In this document: piece by piece, positions 39,806-49,513 of the stretch
How positions within the stretch are numbered: the stretch's first letter is position 1
Layout of the letters: every line of letters starts with the position of its first letter
Origin: Mycobacterium sp.
Lineage (GTDB): Bacteria > Actinomycetota > Actinomycetes > Mycobacteriales > Mycobacteriaceae
DNA: 64,000 nt
Assembly (NCBI GenBank): GCA_035506875.1
Contig: DATJOR010000162.1
Span: 3,956 to 67,955 of the forward strand
Direction: 5' to 3'
Notes under the pieces: model-generated
Seen by the model: the letters and a program-made list of their open reading frames with translations, nothing else
Databases searched by the model: none
What the model was told of the DNA's origin: nothing
Made by a program: the position numbers and the translations under genes

Positions 39806-40648
39806 ATGGCTAACGAGTCCGGGCTCGCCAGTCGAAACGGCGCTACCACCGAGGCGGAGAGCATGCGACCCTATTACACGACGATCGGCAGCGAAGACGC
39901 CGTGTTCAAGGCGGCATACCGCCAGGGTCTGGCAGTCGTTCTGAAAGGGCCGACGGGCTGTGGCAAGACCCGCTTCGTCGAGGCGATGGCCTACGACCTC
40001 GGTCGGCCGCTGATCACCGTCGCCTGCCATGACGACCTCACCACCGCGGACCTGGTCGGCCGCTACCTGCTGAAGGGCGACGAGACCGTCTGGGTGGACG
40101 GTCCGTTGACGCGGGCGGTGCGCGAGGGAGCGATCTGCTATCTCGACGAGGTGGTGGAAGCCCGACAGGACACCACCGTCGTGCTGCATCCTCTCGCTGA
40201 CCACCGTCGCCAGCTGCCGATTGAGCGTCTCGGTGTCACGCTGGACGCGGCGCCCGGATTCGCCCTGGTGGTGTCCTACAACCCCGGCTATCAAAGCGTG
40301 CTCAAGGACTTGAAGGATTCGACCCGCCAGCGCATGGTCGCCATCGAATTCGGTTTTCCCGCAGCCGATGTCGAAGAGGGGATCGTTGCACACGAGGCGG
40401 GCGTGGACAGTGCCACCGCGGCCGAGCTCGTGCGGGTGGGGCAGGCCATCCGGCGGCTGGAGACCGGGGGATTGCGTGAGGTTGCGTCAACCCGGGTGCT
40501 GATCGCGGCGGGCCGGCTTGTCGCGGAGGGTCTGACCATGCCCGACGCGGCGAGGGCCGCGATCGCTGGTCCGCTCACTGACGACGTGGCGGTGAGCAAG
40601 GCGCTGGGCGAGATGATTCAGATCTATCTGGGCCGAGCAGAGGTCTGA
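39806..40648 (+). CDS. CbbQ/NirQ/NorQ-type MoxR AAA+ ATPase
   Basis: [51 protein letters not shown]. Confidence 0.95.
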   Translation: MANESGLASRNGATTEAESMRPYYTTIGSEDAVFKAAYRQGLAVVLKGPTGCGKTRFVEAMAYDLGRPLITVACHDDLTTADLVGRYLLKGDETVWVDGPLTRAVREGAICYLDEVVEARQDTTVVLHPLADHRRQLPIERLGVTLDAAPGFALVVSYNPGYQSVLKDLKDSTRQRMVAIEFGFPAADVEEGIVAHEAGVDSATAAELVRVGQAIRRLETGGLREVASTRVLIAAGRLVAEGLTMPDAARAAIAGPLTDDVAVSKALGEMIQIYLGRAEV

Positions 40649-40683
40649 TGATTGACGCTGCATACCACCACAGCTAGGGTCTG

Positions 40684-40697
40684 AACAAATATTAGGT
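40684..40697. promoter_or_regulatory. Putative operator, site 4
   Basis: AACAAATATTAGGT just after TTGACG..TAGGGT promoter-like hexamers. Confidence 0.65.
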
Positions 40698-40736
40698 TTG
40701 CGGATGGGCGCGTGAATTTGCCACCCGGGAGGTCAG

Positions 40737-41855
40737 ATGTCCTACGAGAGCAGCGCAGAGCCGATCAAGGTCGGCTACCTGATGGACTTCACGCTCCCGC
40801 CCGGGTTTCCCGAGGAGCTGAAGGCGTCCTTCACCCGATGCTTTGACCTCGTCTTCGAAGAGGCGCGCGAGCAGGGCCTGATGGATCGCGCCGTGCAGAT
40901 GGTCTACCGCGAGGTCGAGGGGCTGCCCAAGGGCTCGGTGAAGTCGGTGATCGACGCGTTCGGCGAACTCGTCGACGAAGGTTGCCTGGTGGTGTTCGGG
41001 CCGCACATCACCGACAATTGTGTGCCGACGCGGGAGGCGATCGAAGAGCGATTCAAGGTCCCGGCCATCGCCGTCACCGGTACCGACGATTGGCTCGGCG
41101 AGTGGACATTCGCCTTTCCGCAGGGGTCGATGACCGACGAACCGATCTTCATCGCCGACCTGGTCGCCAAGCGAGGCCTGAACAGTATCGGGGTTCTCGT
41201 GGAGCAGAACCTGATCGGTGATAGCTACCTGAAGAACTTACGAAGCGCATGCGCGCGCAAGGGAATTCGCATCGTCGCTGAGGCGGCGATAGCCCAAACC
41301 GCGCAGGACATCAATGAAGCGGTGCGCACCCTGCATGATGCGAAGGCGGAAGCGATCGTGCATCTGGGTTTCGGTTTCGGGATCGTGTTCATCAACCCGG
41401 CGCTCGAAGCGGTTGACTGGGACCCGCCGCGGTTCACCACCACGGCTTTCCAGAACGCCTGGGTGAACCCGATCATGTGGAACGCGTTCCTGGGCTGGGT
41501 TGGAGTCGACCAGTACGACGAGGGCAACGCGATCGGTCAAGATTTCCTGGACCGCTACGCGAAGAGATACAACGGCAGCCGCCCGGAATACTGCGTGCCG
41601 GTGGTGAACCGCGACGTCGCCGCGACACTGGTACGCGCCTTCACCGACTCACACCCGCTGAGCCCGCGCGGCGTCAAGGAGGCGTTGGAACGCGTCAAGA
41701 TGATGCCCGCTGCATCCGGTGCACCCGGCACCCGGGTGTCGTTCGGTAAGTGGACGCGGCGGGCCTGGATGGGCGCCGGTTATCTGGTGGCCCGGACTCT
41801 CGATGCCGACGGTGTCAACTCGAAATTGGTCGACCGCTTCGGAGAGGAAGGCTGA
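40737..41855 (+). CDS. Type I periplasmic-binding-fold (LivJ/AmiC-like) protein without signal peptide
   Basis: PIKVGYL..LVVFGP..IGVLVEQNLIG; no hydrophobic N-terminus or lipobox. Confidence 0.8.
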   Translation: MSYESSAEPIKVGYLMDFTLPPGFPEELKASFTRCFDLVFEEAREQGLMDRAVQMVYREVEGLPKGSVKSVIDAFGELVDEGCLVVFGPHITDNCVPTREAIEERFKVPAIAVTGTDDWLGEWTFAFPQGSMTDEPIFIADLVAKRGLNSIGVLVEQNLIGDSYLKNLRSACARKGIRIVAEAAIAQTAQDINEAVRTLHDAKAEAIVHLGFGFGIVFINPALEAVDWDPPRFTTTAFQNAWVNPIMWNAFLGWVGVDQYDEGNAIGQDFLDRYAKRYNGSRPEYCVPVVNRDVAATLVRAFTDSHPLSPRGVKEALERVKMMPAASGAPGTRVSFGKWTRRAWMGAGYLVARTLDADGVNSKLVDRFGEEG

Positions 41856-41859
41856 CTCG

Positions 41860-43002
41860 ATGTCTACGGAACAGTCCACACCAATCCAGGCTGACGACAA
41901 GCCCATCCGGCCGCAAGGTAGCGAAAAGCGCGGCTGGGGCGGCTGGATCGCCGGTGCCGCGCTGGCGGCCTTCGCGCTGTTTTTCATCGCGAACTGTCGG
42001 GTCGCGCTCGATCCGCGCGTCGCCAACCCGAATGTGCACGGCCGGCCGCGGCCGGTGAGGTTCCTGTTCGGGTTGGACTACATCACTTTCCTGCACATCT
42101 CCACGTGCATCATGCTGCTGGTGCTGCTGGTGGTGTTCATCCGCGGCTGGCGCCGCAATCCGGGCAGCCCGGTGATGCTGATGTTCCTGTGCACCACGCT
42201 GATCGTGTGGCAGGACCCGATCATGAACTGGTCTCCGTTCGCGGTCTACAACCCCGACCTCATCCACTGGCCGGAGTCGTGGCCGCTGGTGTCGCTGTCG
42301 CCGACCGTCGAGCCGTTCGTCGTATTCGGCTATGTCACTTTCTATTTCGGCCCCTACTTCCCGGCGGTCTGGATACTGCGCAAACTGCAGGCCAAGTATG
42401 GGCCCGAGCATTTCGTGTCGCGACACCCGCTGGTCAGCCTGGGTGGCCTGGTCCTGGTGATCGGTTTCGTCTTCGACGCCTGGCTGGAGAACCAGCTCAT
42501 TCACATGGGCATGTACATCTACTCGCAGGTCATTCCGTGGGGTTCGGTGTTCACCGGCACCACGTTCCAGTTCCCGCTGATCTGGGAGTCGTTCGCGGTC
42601 ACGTTCGTGATGATTCCCGCGGCGATCCTCTGCTACCGCGACGACACCGGGAAGTCGGTGGCCGAGAAGCTCGCCGCGAAAGCCAAGATCTTCCCGCGCC
42701 GCCCGGTGCTGGGCACGTTCCTGGTGATGTTCGCCATCATCAATGTGTCCTACTTCGCGTACGGCGCGTGGTTCTGGACCATCAAGGTGAGTCACGCCGC
42801 GACTTCGGTCGCCTGCCCGTGGCCGTATCCGGAAGCCAAAGTCTATGACCCGCAGAGCTATTACGAGAAGTCGGGTGCGCAAGGCCCGTTCTCGGTCGGC
42901 ATCTGGTCGACGTGGGCGAGTGGCGAGCCGAACGGACGGCCGCATGTCGAGCCGCCGGCGCCGGGTCAAGGCCGTTGTGAACCCGCGAGATCGAATGGGT
43001 GA
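41860..43002 (+). CDS. AveC (spirocyclase)-family membrane protein
   Basis: Multi-TM; WQDPIMNW..YNP, YIYSQ, FQFPLIWE. Confidence 0.75.
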   Translation: MSTEQSTPIQADDKPIRPQGSEKRGWGGWIAGAALAAFALFFIANCRVALDPRVANPNVHGRPRPVRFLFGLDYITFLHISTCIMLLVLLVVFIRGWRRNPGSPVMLMFLCTTLIVWQDPIMNWSPFAVYNPDLIHWPESWPLVSLSPTVEPFVVFGYVTFYFGPYFPAVWILRKLQAKYGPEHFVSRHPLVSLGGLVLVIGFVFDAWLENQLIHMGMYIYSQVIPWGSVFTGTTFQFPLIWESFAVTFVMIPAAILCYRDDTGKSVAEKLAAKAKIFPRRPVLGTFLVMFAIINVSYFAYGAWFWTIKVSHAATSVACPWPYPEAKVYDPQSYYEKSGAQGPFSVGIWSTWASGEPNGRPHVEPPAPGQGRCEPARSNG

Positions 43003-43984
43003 ACCGCGCACCGTAGTCATCACCGGTGCGTCTCGCGGACTGGGGTTCGCATCGACCGTGCGCCTGTATCGCGAGGGGTGGCGGGTGCTCGCGGCCATGC
43101 GCACGCCCGAGCGAGGGATGGCGCTGCTGCGCGAGGCGACGGGTGCACGAGAAGACGACGACCGGCTGATCGGCGTCCAACTCGATCTATTGGATTTGGC
43201 CTCGGTCGCAGCTGCGGCCAAGGCCATCGAGGAAGCGGTTGGCACCCCGTATGCGCTGGTTCACAACGCGGGTATTTCTGCGGCCGGGATGCTCGAAGAG
43301 ACCGATATGCAGTTGTGGCAGAACATGTTGGCGACGTCGGTCTTGGGCCCGGTGGCACTGACCAAGGCGCTGTTGCCGTCCATGCGTTCGGCGGGTGAGG
43401 GCCGCATCGTCCTGGTATCCAGTGCGGCCGGTGTGCGCGGCCAGCCCGCCACTGCGCCCTACTCGGCGGCCAAAGGCGCGCTGGAGCGTTGGGGCGAGTC
43501 GTTGGCGAATGAGATCGCGCCGTTCGGGCTTGGTATCACTATCTTGGTCGCCGGCACTTACGACACCGAAATCATCACCGATGCCGGCACCACCGATGAT
43601 CGCAATTTCGGCGGCCCGTACGCGCGGCTGCACAACACGATGAACACTCGCGGACGCTTCGCGGTCAGTTTCGCCAGGCCGGCCGAACGATTCACCGACG
43701 GATTGGTCAAGGCGCTGAACGACAGCGGGCCGTTTCGGCGTCGAGGGGTGGGGCCGGATGCATCAATGCTCTTGGCGTTCAACAGGATCCTGCCGACTTC
43801 TGGTATGCACCACATGTCGCGGATCGTGCTGGGCATACCCCGGCAGGGATCGATGCGCGACGGGGCCTGGCCGTTGACAACCGGCCAACGAGCGATGGTG
43901 TTGGTCGCAAAAGTCCTTCCGCAACCGGTGTTGCAACGGTTGGCAGCGTTGGCGGCGAAGCGCCGAAAAGGAAATGGGGAGTAG
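42995..43984 (+). CDS. SDR oxidoreductase (17-beta-HSD-like)
   Basis: TGASRGLG, HNAG, YSAAK. Confidence 0.88.
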   Translation: MGEPRTVVITGASRGLGFASTVRLYREGWRVLAAMRTPERGMALLREATGAREDDDRLIGVQLDLLDLASVAAAAKAIEEAVGTPYALVHNAGISAAGMLEETDMQLWQNMLATSVLGPVALTKALLPSMRSAGEGRIVLVSSAAGVRGQPATAPYSAAKGALERWGESLANEIAPFGLGITILVAGTYDTEIITDAGTTDDRNFGGPYARLHNTMNTRGRFAVSFARPAERFTDGLVKALNDSGPFRRRGVGPDASMLLAFNRILPTSGMHHMSRIVLGIPRQGSMRDGAWPLTTGQRAMVLVAKVLPQPVLQRLAALAAKRRKGNGE

Positions 43985-43986
43985 CT

Positions 43987-45204
43987 ATGGAGCAGCTTTT
44001 TGACGACCTGGAGGATTTCGGCTCGTTCGACGACGCGATCTCCGGTGACGTGCGTGACCCGTACACCGAGCTGGCGCGGTTGCGCCGCGAGGAACCGGTC
44101 CAGCGACTCGAGACGTCGGGCGCGCTGCCGCACGAGGAATCACTGCCGATGTTCATCGTGTATCGCCATGAGGATGTCCAGCAGATGCTGCGCGACAACG
44201 AGACGTTTTCGTCGTCGGCCGTCATCGCAGCTTTCGGTCCTGTGTTGGGTGAAGGCGTGATGCTGGGCATGGACGAGCCGATCCACGGCCGGCTGCGCTC
44301 ATTGGTGTCAAAGGCGTTCTCGCAGAAGTCATTGGCGCGCTGGCAGGACCAATTAGTCGGCCGCGTGGCGAACAGCCTGATCGACAACTTCGCACCCAAC
44401 GGCAAGGCGGACTTGGTCAAGGAGTTCACCTTCGACTATCCGAGCCAGATCATTGCGGGCCTATTGGGCTTGCCGGAAAAGGACTACCCGCAGTTCCAGC
44501 GGTGGTCGATTTCGCTGCTGAGCTGGTTGATGAACCCGGAACGCGGGCTCGCGGCGTCGGCCGCCCTCTGCGACTATTTCGCTCCGATTCTCGAGGCCCG
44601 CCGCGCAGCGCCGAAGGACGACCTGATCAGCGCGCTTGGTGCCGCTGAGATCGACGGGGAGAAGCTCGCCGACGAGGAGATCTTCTCGTTCCTGCGGCTG
44701 CTGTTGCCCGCCGGCGTGGAGACGACCTACCGGGCGTTGGGCAGCCTGCTGTTCGGGCTGTTGTCCGATCCGCCGCAATTGGAGGCGATCCGTGCCGACC
44801 GGTCGCTGCTGCCGCAGGCCATTGAGGAGGGCGTGCGGTGGGAGCCCCCGCTATTGACCATCACCCGGGTGGCGACCCGCGACACCGAGCTGGGTGGGGT
44901 GTCGATCCCGGCCGGGGCGACGGTGATGCCGATGCTGGGTTCGGCCAACCGGCAAGAAGATCGCTACCCCGACCCGGACACGTTCGACATTCACCGGCAG
45001 GCCAAGGCCAATCTGGGCTGGGGACACGGCGTGCACGTGTGCCTCGGCATGCATCTCGCACGGCTCGAAATGCGCACCGCCATCAACCTTCTACTCGACC
45101 GGCTGCCCAATCTTCGGCTGGACCCCGACGGGGACGACCCGCACATCCGCGGGCAAGTCTTCCGGTCACCGACGTCGCTACCAGTGCTCTTCGACGCCCA
45201 GTAG
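43987..45204 (+). CDS. Cytochrome P450
   Basis: AGVETT, EGVR (ExxR), WGHGVHVCLG haem motif. Confidence 0.96.
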   Translation: MEQLFDDLEDFGSFDDAISGDVRDPYTELARLRREEPVQRLETSGALPHEESLPMFIVYRHEDVQQMLRDNETFSSSAVIAAFGPVLGEGVMLGMDEPIHGRLRSLVSKAFSQKSLARWQDQLVGRVANSLIDNFAPNGKADLVKEFTFDYPSQIIAGLLGLPEKDYPQFQRWSISLLSWLMNPERGLAASAALCDYFAPILEARRAAPKDDLISALGAAEIDGEKLADEEIFSFLRLLLPAGVETTYRALGSLLFGLLSDPPQLEAIRADRSLLPQAIEEGVRWEPPLLTITRVATRDTELGGVSIPAGATVMPMLGSANRQEDRYPDPDTFDIHRQAKANLGWGHGVHVCLGMHLARLEMRTAINLLLDRLPNLRLDPDGDDPHIRGQVFRSPTSLPVLFDAQ

Positions 45205-45294
45205 CCAACCCCGCGACGGTTGCATCTTGTCAATCGGCTAGTTTCCAGTAAGGCTCTCCGTAGGGGTCTACCGAGTCAAAAGAGAGTGACAGAC

Positions 45295-46779
45295 ATGACT
45301 GAGGCTGTAAAGGTCCGCTTCGAGCCGAAGATGATGATCGACGGCAAGCTCGTCGACGGCCAGGCCGGGACGTTCACCAACATCAATCCGGCGACCGAGG
45401 AATCGATCGGCGAAGTCGCCGACGCGTCGAAAGAGGACATGCACCGGGCCATCGACGCTGCTCGGCGGGCCTTCGACGAGACCGACTGGTCGACCAACCG
45501 TGAGCTGCGCAAGCGTTGTCTCTTGCAACTGCACGACGCGATCGAGGAGGAGAAGGAAGAGCTTCGGGAGGAGCTCATCCTCGAGGTCGGCTCCCCGCGG
45601 GCGATCACCTTCGGCCCCCAATTGGACGCCCCGCTGCAGGATGGCCTGAAGTACCCGGCCCGGCTGATCGACGAGTACGCCTGGGAAACCGACCTCGGCG
45701 ACCGGGTCATCAGCCTCACCGGTGCGAACACCACCATCAAGGTCTGGCGGGAGCCGGTGGGTGTGGTCGGCGCGATCGTGCCGTGGAACTTCCCGTTCGA
45801 GGTCACCATCAACAAGCTCGGCCAAGCACTGGGAACTGGCAATACGGTCGTCCTCAAGCCCGCGCCCAACACCCCGTTCAACGCGACCCGGCTGGGTCGG
45901 CTGATCGTCGAGAAGACCGACATTCCCGCCGGGGTCGTCAACGTGGTCACCGCTTCGGATCACTTTGTCGGCGAGGAGCTCACACTGTCGCCGAAGGTCG
46001 ACCTGATCTCGTTCACCGGCTCCACGGTGGTCGGCAAGCGGATCATGGAAAAGGGTGCCGCCACGATGAAGCGGCTGTTCCTGGAGCTTGGTGGCAAGTC
46101 GGCCACCATTGTCTTGGAGGACGCCGACTTCGGGCTGGCGTGCGCGATCGGTATCGCGCCGTGCATGCACGCCGGGCAGGGCTGCGCGAACCCGACGCGC
46201 ATGCTGCTGCCGCGGTCGCGCTACGACGAGGGGGTGGCGATCCTCAAGGGCATCTACGAGAACGTCACGTGCGGCGACCCGCAGGATCCGGGAACCCTGT
46301 GCGGCCCGGTGATCTCGCAGCGACAGTTCGACCGCGTAACGAGCTATATCAAGAAGGGCGTCGAGGAAGGCGCCACCGCGCTGGTCGGCGGGCCCGGCGC
46401 GCAGACCGGTTTCGACAAGGGATATTACGTCCGGCCAACGCTTTTCACCGATGTCGACAACAAGATGACGATCGCTCAGGAGGAGATCTTCGGCCCGGTG
46501 CTGTCCGTCATCCCGTTCGACGACGAGGAGGACGCTATTCGGATCGCCAATGACAGCGTCTATGGGTTGGCCGGCAACGTGATGTCGGGTTCGTTGGAGC
46601 ATTCGCTGGCCGTGGCCCGCCGGATCAAGGCCGGCTTCATCGGCGTCAACGGTGGCGCGCCGTACGGCGCCGACACACCCTTCGGCGGATACAAAGACAG
46701 CGGGGTGGGACGCCAGAACGGTATCGCCGGATTCGACCAGTACACCGAGATCAAGTCCGTCGGGTATCCCGCCGGGTAA
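45295..46779 (+). CDS. Aldehyde dehydrogenase
   Basis: PWNFP, FTGST, LELGGKS, GQGC, EEIFGPV. Confidence 0.96.
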   Translation: MTEAVKVRFEPKMMIDGKLVDGQAGTFTNINPATEESIGEVADASKEDMHRAIDAARRAFDETDWSTNRELRKRCLLQLHDAIEEEKEELREELILEVGSPRAITFGPQLDAPLQDGLKYPARLIDEYAWETDLGDRVISLTGANTTIKVWREPVGVVGAIVPWNFPFEVTINKLGQALGTGNTVVLKPAPNTPFNATRLGRLIVEKTDIPAGVVNVVTASDHFVGEELTLSPKVDLISFTGSTVVGKRIMEKGAATMKRLFLELGGKSATIVLEDADFGLACAIGIAPCMHAGQGCANPTRMLLPRSRYDEGVAILKGIYENVTCGDPQDPGTLCGPVISQRQFDRVTSYIKKGVEEGATALVGGPGAQTGFDKGYYVRPTLFTDVDNKMTIAQEEIFGPVLSVIPFDDEEDAIRIANDSVYGLAGNVMSGSLEHSLAVARRIKAGFIGVNGGAPYGADTPFGGYKDSGVGRQNGIAGFDQYTEIKSVGYPAG

Positions 46780-46830
46780 CAGCGGCGCGGGGCACCGCCC
46801 TGCGCGCCCTCGGCGGGCTAGGTTGTTCCC

Positions 46831-48339
46831 GTGACCGAAGCCGGAGCAGCGTCGCGGACGACCGGCCGCAGGATGGCGATTGACTATGCGATCGGCCTCG
46901 CGTGCGGCCACCTGCTCGGTACTGCCGATGCCGCCGCGATCGTCATACCGCTGCACGGTCAGTTCGCCAGGAATGCGCAGGCATATTTCGGTCCGCGAAG
47001 CCTGATCCTCGCGGCCGTCATCGTCGTTCTGGGCACCACCGCTGTTGCCGTCGGCGGCATCGTGAACCTCGTCCCGATCCTGCGGTGGTATGTCCGCAAG
47101 CAGCAACCGGACCCCGATCAACGACGAGCGGCCATGCGCCTGCTCGGCCGCCAGTCGGCAATCCTGGCGGCGGTGTGGGCGGTCAGCGGCCTGAGTTATC
47201 TCGTGCTCAACCTTGACGGATTTGCGGTTCTTTGGATCCCGACTGTGTTGGCCGTGGTCTTCGGCGGAAGCGCGGCGGCAAGCCTGGGTCTTCTGCTCAC
47301 GCAGCGGTCAATTCGCCCGATTCTGCTTGCCGCCACGCAGGGCTCGGAAGGCCTTGTGGTGGCGCCTCGCGTGCTTACCCGCCTTGTGGGCATGTGGCTG
47401 TTGGGTAGTGGACTGCCATGCTTGGCGATCGCGGGCTTGGTTTTAGCTCGCTCGAACGGCTGGATCATCCAGAAGGCCGGGTCGGTCGAGATGCCCATCC
47501 TGGTGGTGACGCTTGTCGCGATACTCATCGGACTCCCGGTGATGATTATGACCTCGCGGTCGATATCGGATCCCATTGGCGAGGTCGTTGATGCGATGGC
47601 AGAGGTCGAGCGAGGCCGAATCAATACCTACGTTGGTGTCTATGAGCGTTCTGAGATCGGCCGCCTGCAAAGCGGATTCAACCGTATGGTGGCTGGAATC
47701 GCCGAACGCGACCGGCTGCGCGACCTTTTCGGTCGCCACGTCGGGGCGGATGTGGCCAGACGCGCCATCGAAGAGGGCACGTCACTGTCCGGGGATGTAC
47801 GAGAGGCGGCAATCCTTTTCATCGACCTGGTCGGCTCGACGACGTTGGCGGCCAGCCGGCCGCCACAAGAGGTCGCGGAAGTACTCAACGACTTTTTTCG
47901 AATTGTGGTCGATGCCGTCGACGAGCGGAACGGTCTGATCAACAAGTTCCAAGGAGACGCCGCGCTCGCTGTCTTCGGGGCACCGCTGCCCGCTGACGAC
48001 GCCGCATCGGCGGCGCTGGCTACCGCGCGTAGCCTGCGCAGCCAACTGCGCCGGCTCCCCGTCGTCGACTTCGGAATAGGCGTGTCTGCGGGGCCGGTCT
48101 TCGCCGGAAACATCGGCGCCGAAAACCGCTACGAATACACCGTTGTCGGCGACGCGGTCAATGAGGCCGCGCGGCTGGCTGATTTCGCAAAGGCTTTGGA
48201 CCGCCGGATCGTTTGTTCAGCTGCTGCGATCGACCGTGCCGACGCGGCTGAGCGTCAACACTGGGTCGCACATGGTGACACCGTGCTGCGGGGCCGCTCC
48301 GAGTCCACCCGTATCTGGACACCCGCCGCGGACAGCTGA
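46831..48339 (+). CDS. Membrane HAMP-class III adenylate cyclase
   Basis: TM region, HAMP (EIGRLQSGFNRM), FIDLVGST, KFQGD, TVVGDAVNEAARL. Confidence 0.93.
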   Translation: MTEAGAASRTTGRRMAIDYAIGLACGHLLGTADAAAIVIPLHGQFARNAQAYFGPRSLILAAVIVVLGTTAVAVGGIVNLVPILRWYVRKQQPDPDQRRAAMRLLGRQSAILAAVWAVSGLSYLVLNLDGFAVLWIPTVLAVVFGGSAAASLGLLLTQRSIRPILLAATQGSEGLVVAPRVLTRLVGMWLLGSGLPCLAIAGLVLARSNGWIIQKAGSVEMPILVVTLVAILIGLPVMIMTSRSISDPIGEVVDAMAEVERGRINTYVGVYERSEIGRLQSGFNRMVAGIAERDRLRDLFGRHVGADVARRAIEEGTSLSGDVREAAILFIDLVGSTTLAASRPPQEVAEVLNDFFRIVVDAVDERNGLINKFQGDAALAVFGAPLPADDAASAALATARSLRSQLRRLPVVDFGIGVSAGPVFAGNIGAENRYEYTVVGDAVNEAARLADFAKALDRRIVCSAAAIDRADAAERQHWVAHGDTVLRGRSESTRIWTPAADS

Positions 48340-48430
48340 GGGCATTGGGAGCCAAGTCGACCGCAACTCATGCCGTATGGCTTACAGTTGTCGGGCCCGG
48401 GCCTGCGCGGACGAAGGAGTGAGCATCGCC

Positions 48431-49510
48431 ATGTCAATTCCCCGATACCCGGGCGACGTCACCCGCGAGTGGCTCTCGGCGGTGCTGAGCAGCGGCGGCA
48501 CCCCGGCGTCGGTCTCCGACGTGGACGTGGCCGCCATCGGTACCGGCCAGACCGGGGCGACGTATCGGGTGTCGGTCGCGTATGCGACGGAAGTGGGTGG
48601 CTTGCCGACCACATTCGTGATCAAACTGCCTGCCACCGACGACACGGTGCGGGAGCGAGTGACGATCGGCTACCGCAGTGAATGCGCCTTCTACAACGCC
48701 GTTGCCGACCGGGTAGGGGTGCCGACGCCGGAGTGCTTCTACTGCGAGATCAGCGACGACGCCCTTGATTACGCCCTGCTGCTCGCCGATCAAGCACCCG
48801 CTGAGCAGGGCGATCAGCTCGCCGGCTGCGGCGAGCAGCAGGCGCGGCTGGCCGTCACGGCACTAGCCGGACTGCACGGGCCCAGCTGGTGTGATCCGGT
48901 GTGGCTGGACTTCCCTGGGATCGCCTTCGCACGACCCGACGCAGCGTCGGCCAAAGGGCTCGGCGACGTCGCGCGGATGAGCGCCGACATCACCCTGGAA
49001 AAGCTCGGCGATCGCATGAGCGCGGCCGATCGAGAGACTTTCACCGCCGCAATGAATTTGGTGACCCCATGGCTGCTTGCCGAGCAAGATCGATTCGCCC
49101 TGCTGCACGGCGACTACCGCCTCGACAACATGCTGTTCTACCCCGACGCCACCCGGGTCACGGTGGTCGACTGGCAGACGCTCGGGGTGGGGCTGCCCGC
49201 AAGGGATCTGGCCTACTTCACTGCGACCAGCCTCAAGCCGGAACTGCGCTCAGGAATCGAGCAGGACCTTGTCGACGCGTACCACCGGGCTCTGTCCGGC
49301 TACGGTGTCACCGGCTACGACCGCGAAATCTGTTGGCGTGATTACCGCCTCGGAATGCCGCAGGCGCTGCTGATTTCGGCATTGGGATTTGCGTTCGCCA
49401 CCGCCACCGACCGTGGCGACGACATGGTGCTCACCATGTTGGCCCGTGGCTGCCAGGCAATCCGCGACCTTGGCACCTTGGAGCTCATCGGCGAGCACAC
49501 TGCGCTATAG
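48431..49510 (+). CDS. APH/EcKinase-like phosphotransferase
   Basis: IGTGQ, LHGDYRLDN, VVDWQ, DLAYF. Confidence 0.88.
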   Translation: MSIPRYPGDVTREWLSAVLSSGGTPASVSDVDVAAIGTGQTGATYRVSVAYATEVGGLPTTFVIKLPATDDTVRERVTIGYRSECAFYNAVADRVGVPTPECFYCEISDDALDYALLLADQAPAEQGDQLAGCGEQQARLAVTALAGLHGPSWCDPVWLDFPGIAFARPDAASAKGLGDVARMSADITLEKLGDRMSAADRETFTAAMNLVTPWLLAEQDRFALLHGDYRLDNMLFYPDATRVTVVDWQTLGVGLPARDLAYFTATSLKPELRSGIEQDLVDAYHRALSGYGVTGYDREICWRDYRLGMPQALLISALGFAFATATDRGDDMVLTMLARGCQAIRDLGTLELIGEHTAL

Positions 49511-49513
49511 CAA

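Noticed and set aside
37980-40648. Evidence for denitrification or carbon fixation
   Set aside because: No norCB, nirS or Rubisco genes in the window.
45268-47121. Long antisense ORFs (also 8724-10022, 41815-43245, 61656-62987 and others)
   Set aside because: Shadow frames of well-supported genes, typical of high-GC codon bias.
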